Below the pieces are notes generated by a model. That model was not told the origin of the DNA, did not search any database, and saw nothing but the letters and a program-made list of their open reading frames with translations. This document shows, piece by piece, positions 54,701 to 64,000 of a DNA stretch of 64,000 nt (position 1 is its first letter; every line of letters begins with the position of its first letter). The position numbers and the translations under genes were made by a program. Origin of the DNA: Octopus vulgaris (lineage: Eukaryota). The DNA lies in the NCBI GenBank assembly GCA_951406725.2, contig OX597815.1, positions 78,678,001 through 78,742,000 of the forward strand, given 5' to 3'.

Positions 54701-57700
54701 AGCAATAAGTCAAGTAAAAAAAAACAGTAAAATGAACAGTAAAATAAACATGAAGAGGAAAGTGTGCATAGGCTCATCAGGTGTAGCAAACTTTGGAAAA
54801 CATGGACAATTTTTGAAGGATATAGTGTCCTGATAAGTAACAACTGATGTAGGAAGTTTATTTCATGCTTTGACAGTTCTGAACAAGAAAACATATTTCT
54901 GAAAGGCATTGGTGCTATGCTGCTTTTTAATTTTATAAGTGTGCCCTGACCTACTCATACTTCCTGCTTCCTATCCAACTGATATTCATGGTTGACCATG
55001 CCTCCATCCATATTAACCACTCATTGAATTCTCTTCTGTTTCCATCTCTATCACTCTCTTTACACAGTCTCACAAACTTACTTATCAACCTTCTCATCGT
55101 GTCCAATCCTCTGTACCTCTTATATTCACCTTCCTGTACTTGAGGGTATGCCCAATACATCATCATCATCTTCTCTCTTTCCCAACTGGGATAACTACAT
55201 GTCTCTTCTAAAGCAAGGTGTCGGTTCCTGTACCTTCATAATACTTTTAATCTCTCACCATCTGGCACAAACCTACCTCCCTCAATCCTACAAACCCTCA
55301 GTTGACAGGTCTTATTTCGTGAGTTACTTGGTAATCTTACTGGTGCCATAGCCACATAAAAAGTATCTAGTACATTCTGTAAAGTGGTTGGCATTAGGAA
55401 AGGCATCCAGCCATAGAATCCATGCCAAAGCAGACAATAGAACTTGGCACAACCCTCTAGCTCATTGTCTCCTGTTAAACCCGTAAACCCATGGAAAACA
55501 AATGTTAAATGATGATAATGATGTATCCATGGATAGTAGAGATAATGAGTTCAAAAGGGCACTTATTATTTAAACGCTTTAGAAAAGCCATACTAATGTT
55601 TGAGCATATTGAAAAATGTGTTATTCATAATTTTGTTATAAACAAGAATAAAACAAAGTAATAGTTTACAATATTTTTTCTAAATTTCTGTCTTTAAAAG
55701 TTTTTTAATAACTTTTCAAACAAAGTGTGCCAATGATTTTTTTTTTTTTTAAATTCAACCTCCAGTGCAAAAATATTGAGAACTAGACTAAGGTCAAGAT
55801 ATTCAACACTAGCTATTATCACTTCCTTTCACTCTCCCACTGATATCAACCAACTGCTTGTCTCTAACATTTGCTAGTAACCATTAGGGAAGCAAGCTTT
55901 CTTAGTTGGTTTGGGTCAAAAGGCCAAATGTAAAAAAGTGGAAAATGAGAAAGGTGAATTAAGAAAAAAAAATTCTGAATGATTTACACACTGAAAACTC
56001 AGACTTATGAATACCGTAATGGTGAAAGCCAACCTCACCTCACTATTTTGAGGAAAAATTGCCTTAACTGGTATTATTTACAGTTTTAAAAATGAGTTTA
56101 TTTGAGGAACATTATTTACCTTTTTTAGTTATGCTGTCAGAACAACAAAGGTAAGCAAGATAATGCAAAAAAATTTTCTAATTTTTAAAAATAAAATAAA
56201 ATTAAATTAAAGGTGCATTATTACAGAGATAAATTATTTCTGCTAATTAAATTGTCACTATTGAATATTTTTCTTTCTTTGTTCTTTTTTCAAAATAAAA
56301 ACAAACATACTGAATAATATATTGTTTGCACGCTGAACAACAATCCACTGTAAGAGTTCAATCTATAGATCTCTATGTGTTGGTCCTCTACCTCCACCAA
56401 TTGATCTGTGCCTCCTCTAGTCTGAGTTTCTTTTGGGTACCATTCTGTCAATCGTTTTCTATCAATACCTAAGTCTCTTGACACAACAGATAAATTGCCA
56501 GAATGTTCTTTCACTCGTTTAATAGCACTCAATTTTTCACTAATGGTATATGATCATTGAATATGTTTTGATATATTTTTTTTGATTCCATTATTGGGAA
56601 TAAAAATCCTTTGAATTTATCTGCAGACGTAGAGCAAATGAATGTCTAAACAGAATGCAAACAAGAACACTAACTCTGTTTCAATTTTTAACCACAAATA
56701 ACTGCCCATCCAAATAAACGCCCATGGGCGATCTAATGGATGGATGGATTTTTGGAAAACCCTGGTAATCATTCTGCCAATCCACGACCCTTAAACATAT
56801 AATTGTTTCTACTACAGGTGCAAGGTCTGAGATAGGAGAAGAGAGAGAGGGTTAGTTGATTAATCAATCCCAGTACATAATTGATGCTTTACTTTACCAA
56901 CCTCAAAGGGATGAAATGCAAAGCTGGCCTCAGTGGGATTTGAGCTCAAAACAGAGGGTTGGATTCTATTTAATGCTTAGCATGGGACAACTTTCAGAAA
57001 ACTAAAAATCTGATCATCAGTTTTTATTTCACAGGATTAAGTTCCCACACTCTTAAGTCCTATAATGTACATTATCCTTTTATTTATCTTGTTCTTCTAA
57101 ATGGGTTAACACCTATCAAATATATTTACACAGCCTACTGATTTCTCTCTCTCTCTCTCTATTCTTTTACTAGTTTCAGCTTGAGGGCTGTAGCTATGCT
57201 GAGGCACTGCCAACTAATGATCCTTCCACATACACACACACCAAAAAATAAATAAACATAAGCTTTATTCCTCAGAACTATATTGCTCTAGAACAACTGC
57301 TAACTCTTTCATACTCCAAACTTTTCCAGTCCCTAGCAGTTTCACAACTCCTTAACTTGCATCAAGTACACTTGTTATAACTCACCTTTCTCTCACACAA
57401 GTTGCCATTGTCAATGACTTCAAGCATGCAACTCCTTTTGACTCATGAACTCCTTCAGCACCAACAATGCTGATGTAGAAACTGAATCCTTTTCCATCCT
57501 CAAATGTATCTCCCAGTTAATATTCTCTCCTACATGTAACCCCTGACTAAATAATAGTTTGAAATTCTGGCACAAGGCCAGCAATTTCAAGGATGGGGGT
57601 AAGTCAATTATATTGACCCTAGTGCTCAACTGGTACTTATTTTACAGACCCAGAAAGATGAAAGGCTAAGTTGACTGCAGCAGAATTCGAACACAGAACA

Positions 57701-60700
57701 TAAAGATGGCTGAAATGCTGCTAAACATTTTGCCTGGCAAGAGAAAAATATGGAACACTTTATAAATTTGCATGTCATACTTGTGTAGGGGCCATCTCTG
57801 TATCATTCCAATTTCAGAATATGTACAGCCAAAGCTAATGACACTTTTTAAACATCATAAACACATTAACCTCCTTCATTTAATTTTCACATTTCTTTTC
57901 CAATAGAATTTATAAAAGCTATAGGTAGCAGTTTTTATTCACAAAGTAAACCAGGTATTAAAAGGTGAACAAGAAGTATTACCCTTCTTCATTGGATATT
58001 TGCATGGAGTGTTCCCACAGATGACTTGTAATTGGTGCATCAGACCTATTTAGAAAAAATCCACACAATAGGGTGCAAAGTGCTGAAGTGATGTGCAGTG
58101 GAGCCAAAATGTGATACACAAACCAGAGATAAAGCATACAATATTTTCAAAGGATTAGATTTGAGGAAGGTGGATATGTAGGCAGGTAGAGGTATCAATA
58201 ATTTATAAGAGTAGGGATAACCCAAAACATTGATTAGATGAGTACGTTGGTTAACAGATAAGAAAGAAAGATATTGGGTAAGTAGGTTAGTGAGTAAATG
58301 TGTTAGTAGATTGGTAAACAGTTGAAATAAATAGAGAAAGACATGAAAATAATAAAATGTTCAGTGAGTAAGAAAGAGAGACAAAATTAAAAAAAAAATT
58401 TTTTTAAGTGTTTAACAAGAATTATTTGAACAGACATCAACTATAACTATGAAGCTAATGTTATATTTAAGCAATATCTTCTGTTAATGGTGGTTATGGA
58501 GATGGAAGGCTAATAACTTTCTTTGGAAATTCTATAGATTTAATAATGCCCAAACTGTCTGGAATTTACAAAAAGAAAAACAAAAAAAAAACTAAATAGT
58601 AGTTTAACAGCTAAGACTTATTCCAAGCCCCAAGTTTAATTCGCTATTCTCACAAATGGAAAGGTAACACTTATAGCGGTTACCAATATTCTTTGTCACA
58701 TTAAAGGTCAACCATTATTATTATTATTTATTTTTTTCCTTGTCTCTTTTAATATATCTAGTGTCAGTTCCTCAGAAACCTATTCCATTTGTCACCCGCA
58801 CCATAGTCAACTGCTACAAAGGTAAAGGTGACGCTTTAGATACAAATAATTACAGAGGTATCAAGTTGTTGGATCAGATAATGAAGGTCATAGAGAGGGT
58901 CATAGCCCAATTAATTAGAGTGAGAGAGAGAGTCAGTTTAGATGAGATGCAGTTTGGGTTCGTGCCAGGGAAAAGTACTACTGATGCTATATTTTTGGTA
59001 AGACAGCTGCAGGAAAAATATCTAGCCAAAGATAAACCTCTGTACCTGGCTTTTGTTGACATGGAGAAAGCCTTTGACAGGGTCCCCCGATCCCTTATCT
59101 GGTGGTCAATGAGGAAACTAGGGATAGATGAATGGTTAGTGAGAGCTGTGCAAGCCATGTACAGGGACGCTGTCAGTAAGGTGAGGGTTGGCAACGAATA
59201 TAATGAAGAATTCCAGGTAGAGGTAGGGGTCCACCAAGGTTCAGTCCTTAGCCCCCTCTTATTTATCATAGTTCTCCAGGCAATAACAGAGGAATTCAAG
59301 ACAGGATGCTCCTGGAAGCTCCTCTATGCTGACGATCTTGCTCTAATTGCTGAGTCACTATCAGAACTAGAGGAGAAGTTTCAGGTGTGGAAGCAAGGAT
59401 TAGAATCGAAGGGCCTTAGAGTTAACCTAGCTAAAACCAAAGTCCTAATAAGTAGGAAAGCAGACAGACCACAAATCCCTTCAGGTAGATGGCCCTGCTC
59501 GATCTGTAGAAAAAGCATAGGTAGAAACTCTGAGATGTACCCAGTGTAAGCTATGGACACATAAGAGGTGCAGCAATATCAAAGGAAGGCTAACTTGGAA
59601 GATAGCTGTGTGAAATAGTGCCACACCCTAGTGGTTGAGGGAACCTGTGGAAGAGATAGACCCAGGACCTTCAAACATTAGGTCTCACCAAGGTAATGAC
59701 TAGTGACTGAGACCTTTGGAAATATGCAGTGCGTGAGAAGACCCGGCAAATCAAGTGAGACCATAACCTGTGGCCTATACCAGAGGTGTAACCAGCCCAC
59801 TTATGCGTACCTTTCCTCCATTGGACACTAAACTGCTTGTGAAGACCTGTTGAGGCAAGTGAAATCTAAATCGAATCAAATTCGATGACTGGCACCTGTA
59901 CCAGTGGAGCGCTAAGAGCACCATCCGAGCGTGATTGTTGCCAGAGCAGCTGACTGGCTTCTGTGCTAGTGGCATGTAAAAATGCCAGTGGCATGTGAAA
60001 AAGCATTTGAGCGAGGTTGTCACCAGTGCTGCTGGACTGGCTCCTGTGCAGGTGGCACGCAAAAACACCATTTCAGCATGGCTGTTACCAGTACTGCCTG
60101 ACTGGCCCTCGTGCTGGTGGCATGTGAAAGCACCCACTACACTCTCTGAGAGGTTGGCGTTAGGAAGGGCATCTAGCTTTAGAAACTCTGCCAGATCAGA
60201 TTGGAGCCTGGTGCAGCCATCTGGTTCACCAGTCCTCAGTCAAACCATCCAACCCATGCTAGCATGAAAAGCGGATGTTAAACGATGATGATGATATCTA
60301 ACATTTATCTTCTAAATGTTTCCATATCATTTTTCTCTTCCACTTTCAAGGAAGAAATAATGTAGAATAGTTTTTTTAGAAATCATTCCTCTAAAATGTT
60401 GTTTAGTGTAGAAAATAAGCTGATGAAGAAGACGAAACTAAAGAATTATAAAAGTAGAAAAGTAAAAAATAAAATTAGCACTGATTAAAGTTGAGTTCTG
60501 TTTGCTGTTATGAAAAATAATAACAAATATGCAAGTAATAATTAGTGATAGTGTGCAACAGCATTCCACAAGCATGCAGAATGAGTAACCTCATGCAAAC
60601 CACAGATTATATTTTAAAATGTGCAAATAAAGTAAACAACAGACAACCAGAAATTCTGCATACCGCAAGTTTAGGATATCTTCACTGAGAGTAAACTCCC

Positions 60701-63208
60701 AGAGATGCCCAGTTACTGGAGCATCTGCCCTGAAACAACACAGAGAGTATTATTAACACTATTTTTTTTTTTTTTTGTAATTTGGAGGAAATATAGATGT
60801 TGACTAGAAAGAAACATAATATTTGATGTGTCCAATCCATGATGAATTTCTGGTTCAAACAACATTTATAAAAGTGTTCCCTATTTGTATATAGGATTAC
60901 ATTGATTTAATGCAGTGTAACAGGGTAGACTCTGTAAAAGACACTCAAGTATCAAGTTCTGGTGTTAGACTATGTGACAAATTAGGTTGAACTTTTCTCT
61001 ATTTAGTTTAGTGAGAGGAAGAAGACCAGTGACCTGGAGCTGAATAATAACAATGATGACAACAAAAAATATTTTCTAAAATATACAGAATTTATGGAGA
61101 TTTAAGATTGGGAAAATTCAAATTATTATTGAATATCCAGGGAAATGATGACACATACAGAGATGTCTTTTTTTTTTATAGTTGATTTAATACAGGCTAT
61201 TTTGTTAACCTAACTCAGGGTTATATAAAGTTCTTTACAGATAACAATAAGACTATTATAACAATTACCTTAAGCCATTATCATCATCTGCTCAGTTTTC
61301 AAATACAATAGACTTTTATTAAACTACTTTATCTATACTAAAATACAACATTAATAGCCACTCTCAGTTAAATATAAGAACTCAAAGTTTAAAAGACATG
61401 AGCAAAAGTAAGTTTACTGCTTTTTAAACAAATATGTAATGCTTAAAAAAAAATTAAACAATTTAATTAAAAATTGGTTTGTTAAATGTTATAAGAGTTA
61501 TATAAAACTGACTTATTTTTCTCTTTTTTTTCCCCAAATTTTTAGATTATAATTAAATACTTCTTTGTGATTTGACAGAGAGCAGGAGTTATTCTCAAAC
61601 CAGAGATTACACCTGGATGTTTGTAACAGGTGGCTTTATTAAACTAGGGGATCGATAGTCTCTCAGACAGGCTTCTACATAAGGCTCTTGTCAACCTGAG
61701 GCTGTGATAAAAATCACTTTTCTAAAGTGCTGCATGGTGAGGTTGAACACAAAGCCATTTGCTTCTGAAGTGAATTGCATAACCACACAGCTATGCCTGC
61801 ACCCACAAACTGAAGTCGTAAAGTAGAGTAGGCAGACATAACACTGAGCTGTTCACTAGTATACTAACTATTGAGTTGTTGGATTAATTTGTTCATTTTC
61901 TTTTCCATTCATATTAATCTTTTCTAGTGTAATTGGAATTAACATGAAAAATATTTTTATCAGTGTTTTTTATATCTCAATTCTTCCTCTATAAGTTTTC
62001 TTCATATTTTTTAAAATTTGAATTCATAAATTTTACCTCTTTTCAAACAAATGATGATGGAGTACCAAGTAGAAAAAAAAAACCCAAATAAAATCCTAAT
62101 TTATCTGACAACCCAATATTTGTTGAGTTGTTCATTAGTGTTTTAAACTATCTATGTTTAGATCAACAATTTACTAAATAAGAAAAAAAAAACGTTTTGA
62201 GGTCACATAAAATTATTGTCAGGAACATAATCAATAACATACAAAACATGCCTGGAAAAATACCAATGTACTGAATATGATTTCTTCTATTGACATAAAA
62301 CCATAATTCTTTACCTGAATGGATAGTAGTCATTAAAATTCCCCTGGAACATGACTTTTACCTATTTCATCACTCTTGGAAAGATGGAAAATAAAGTATA
62401 TATTGGTAGGATTTGACCTCAGGTTGAGAGTTGCAACTAAATACTGAAATACATATAGTCCTCTAGCACACTATAGATTCCTACTACTCTATCATCTTTA
62501 ATCATGAACTAATAATAATAATACACAGCAAACTTTCTATCAATGTGGACAAACTTACCATGAATGTTCAGCATTAAAACCAACCTAAAACACAAAATAA
62601 AAGATTTTAAAGAACTTCAAATTGATCACTCGACTTAGGAATGAGTAATTTGATTATTTGTAAATTATAAAAAATTTATGATATATTTTGTTAAGTAGAT
62701 ACAATAAATTTATGATATTTAAGGATATTTTACTGATCTAAGAACAAGGAATGCATTAATGGAACTCGGGTGACTTTGTTTAGTCCAAGTGATAGATATG
62801 TCATCACCTGGTAAGTGGATACTTAGTTCAAGTTCCATTAGTAAATGTGTTCCTTTTTGTCCCAAATTGTTGTACACATTTACTTATGGAACTTGAACTA
62901 GGTATCCGCTTACCAGGTGATGACATATCTATCACTTGGACTATACAAAGCCACCCGAGTTCCATTAATGCATCCCTTGTTCTTCAGTTGCTGCTTATGA
63001 TGTCCAATGTCATTTACTTTAAAAATATTGGCAACCAATTTATAAAATGCTATAGTTTATGAAAAGAGTTGGGAATAAAGAAAAATTGTGCTTTATTTAC
63101 CGTGCCATTTGAACAAACTACAAGTGTGAATGATTTGTCAAACCAACGATCATAACCTTTACCATGAAGCATGGAACGACTAAATTTGTTTAATTTCGTT
63201 GGATCAAG
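40630..63208 (-). CDS. CPT1: Carnitine O-palmitoyltransferase 1 (CPT1-like), 3' part of a multi-exon gene; the 5' exons lie beyond the right edge
   Basis: Exons with AG/GT ends splice in frame: 63208-63101, 62584-62559, [60729-60664 or 58045-57983], 51753-51669, 47685-47521, 45925-45791, 45026-44838, 44163-44086, 42740-42648, 40701-40630. The product has CPT1 motifs [77 protein letters not shown] and [16 protein letters not shown]. Confidence 0.96.
41700..42580 (-). mobile_element. Decayed RTE-like reverse transcriptase fragment
   Basis: [30 protein letters not shown]. Confidence 0.8.
42648..42740 (-). CDS. CPT1: CPT1 exon (93 nt): [31 protein letters not shown]
   Basis: Acceptor tcttttctaatag, donor gttagt. 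Confidence 0.94.
44086..44163 (-). CDS. CPT1: CPT1 exon (78 nt): [26 protein letters not shown]
   Basis: Acceptor ctacttccag, donor gtaagt. Confidence 0.94.
44571..44785 (+). mobile_element. SINE family 2 (tttcatcc...aagtaccagtt core)
   Basis: Also present as a tandem pair at 43465-43850 (+), and on - at about 39360-39540 and 57555-57740. Confidence 0.8.
44838..45026 (-). CDS. CPT1: CPT1 exon (189 nt): [12 protein letters not shown]...[16 protein letters not shown]...WRLSTSQ
   Basis: Acceptor ttgtttttcag, donor gtaagc; STS carnitine-binding motif. Confidence 0.95.
45361..45770 (+). mobile_element. SINE family 1, full-length copy in a CPT1 intron
   Basis: A-box-like tggcagtgtggt head, shared core, internal (TG)n, tail ...aaataaaagataaaaga. 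Confidence 0.85.
45791..45925 (-). CDS. CPT1: CPT1 exon (135 nt): [45 protein letters not shown]
   Basis: Acceptor ctgtttcag, donor gtattt; GRTETVRS motif. Confidence 0.95.
47521..47685 (-). CDS. CPT1: CPT1 exon (165 nt): [55 protein letters not shown]
   Basis: Acceptor ttcttgttcttgtag, donor gtgagt; SPDA..Q.ALQLAYY motif. Not shown in the ORF track. Confidence 0.95.
48230..48752 (+). repeat. Young RTE 3'-UTR fragment with about six ~60-bp subrepeats and a (GAT)n tail
   Basis: Repeated ggccccgtgccggtg(a/g)cacgtaaaagcaccatccgttcg with CpGs intact. Confidence 0.85.
49560..51046 (-). mobile_element. Decayed Tigger/pogo transposon
   Basis: MGPKK...[17 protein letters not shown]; [10 protein letters not shown]...[17 protein letters not shown]_1 motif; terminus TA-CAGTAGAACCTC. 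Confidence 0.88.
51669..51753 (-). CDS. CPT1: CPT1 exon (85 nt): [28 protein letters not shown]
   Basis: Acceptor ttgttattcag, donor gtaatt, phase 2-0. Confidence 0.93.
53927..54245 (+). mobile_element. tRNA-headed CORE-like SINE (family 3); related copy on - at about 52850-53135
   Basis: A box TGGCTCAGTGG, B box GAGTTCAATTCC, then gtgttcttgagcaagacacttta. Confidence 0.7.
56290..56730 (-). mobile_element. pogo-like transposon fragment (HTH DNA-binding domain)
   Basis: [38 protein letters not shown]. Confidence 0.55.
57744..57835 (-). pseudogene. U6: U6 snRNA pseudogene
   Basis: Minus strand reads ...ACATATTCTGAAATTGGAATGATACAGAGA-TGGCCCCTACACAAGTATGACATGCAAATTTATAAAGTGTTCCATATTTTT. It is colinear with U6, with CpG decay and a ~9-nt deletion after the ACAGAGA box. 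Confidence 0.9.
57983..58045 (-). CDS. CPT1: CPT1 alternative exon B (63 nt): (W)[20 protein letters not shown](G)
   Basis: Acceptor tttttctaaatag, donor gtaata, phase 2-2, no stops; clear paralog of exon A (DAP.T.HLWE). Confidence 0.85.
58797..60296 (+). mobile_element. 5'-truncated RTE-clade LINE (RT domain, 3' UTR with subrepeats, (GAT)n tail)
   Basis: [54 protein letters not shown]; antisense to CPT1 and located between exons A and B. Confidence 0.93.
60664..60729 (-). CDS. CPT1: CPT1 alternative exon A (66 nt): (W)[21 protein letters not shown](R)
   Basis: Acceptor tgttgtttcag, donor gtatgc, phase 2-2; completes HSW-ADAP. Confidence 0.92.
62559..62584 (-). CDS. CPT1: CPT1 26-nt exon VGFNAEHS(W) containing the catalytic histidine
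   Basis: Acceptor tgtgttttag, donor gtaagt, phase 0-2; matches the G.NAEHSW active-site motif. Confidence 0.93.
62740..62984. repeat. Foldback/MITE-like inverted repeat, ~110-bp arms, ~20-bp spacer
   Basis: aagaacaaggaatgcattaatggaactcggg... versus ...cccgagttccattaatgcatcccttgttctt. Confidence 0.92.
63101..63208 (-). CDS. CPT1: CPT1 exon (108 nt): [36 protein letters not shown]
   Basis: Acceptor tttttttttcag, donor gtaaat, phase 0-0; DRWFDKS motif. Confidence 0.95.
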
Positions 63209-64000
63209 CTGAAAAAAAAATGCAATATACAAATGTAGAGTAAATTTCTGTGTGCAATTAGGTCACAGAGAAAGAAACATTAAACATATCTATTTGCTTA
63301 TTCTCATTTGGCACAGCTTCATATTGATTAATTGCCTAGAATTCATTAATAAGATAATGAATCAAAACAGTAGATTGTGTATAAAGATTCGACCTCTCAA
63401 TCAGACAGTGATGAATTTATATTTTGCTGCTGGATGGCACCATGCCCAGATTACCAATTAAACTAAACAGCCACATGCTTTATAACACCAGTTGAAGTGG
63501 GTACTAGAGTTTTTCCACTGCCACAGAACAAATGGAAAAAGATTTATATATATATATTTCATCATCATCATTGTTTAATGTCCGTTTTCCGTGCTAGCAC
63601 AGGTTGGACAGTTCGACTGGGGTCTGGGAAGCCAGGAAGCTGCACCAGGCTCCAGTCTGATCTGGCAGTGTTTCTACAGCTGGATGCCCTTCCTAACGCC
63701 AACCACAATATACATATACACACAAAATTAATATAAACAGCAGTTTGCAATGTTTCACTAAAAAGGAGAATTATAATTGTTACTTAATGTGACAAGGGTG
63801 CTAGGAAATACCTATATTGCTAGAAATAAGAGCTAAACTGCTCTCATACTGTAGTTAACGGACATGAATGAAAACATATAGACTAACAGGGACCATAATT
63901 GTCTGAAAAGTGCTGATCGAAAATTCTCAATACTGACGTCAGTTTGGGCAATTTCCATTGTCTCATATCATCATCGTCTTTTAATGCCTGTCTTCCATGT

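Noticed and set aside
60420-60445. CTGATGA...GAAAC motif
   Set aside because: No stem I, II or III pairing; chance match.

Overview
AT-rich, repeat-dense metazoan DNA; the SINE/RTE repeat content suggests an octopus or other coleoid cephalopod (inference). Two host genes lie on the minus strand. (1) The 3' half of a carnitine O-palmitoyltransferase 1 (CPT1) gene, 63208->40630, which I could splice in frame through to the stop codon. It has a 26-nt exon carrying the catalytic His, followed by two paralogous, apparently mutually exclusive exons (60664-60729 and 57983-58045). (2) The first coding exon of a GM130/GOLGA2-like golgin (12849->12787), whose first intron appears to run off the left edge. 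The ~27 kb between the genes holds Penelope-like (GIY-YIG) retroelement fragments, decayed Tc1 and DD37D transposons, foldback elements, and about eight type-I minimal hammerhead ribozyme motifs, three with intact catalytic cores. Also present: RTE LINEs, a Tigger/pogo relic, many SINEs, a U6 pseudogene fused to a SINE, and an orphan GC-rich ORF island. Everything was read by eye; no searches or folding were run.
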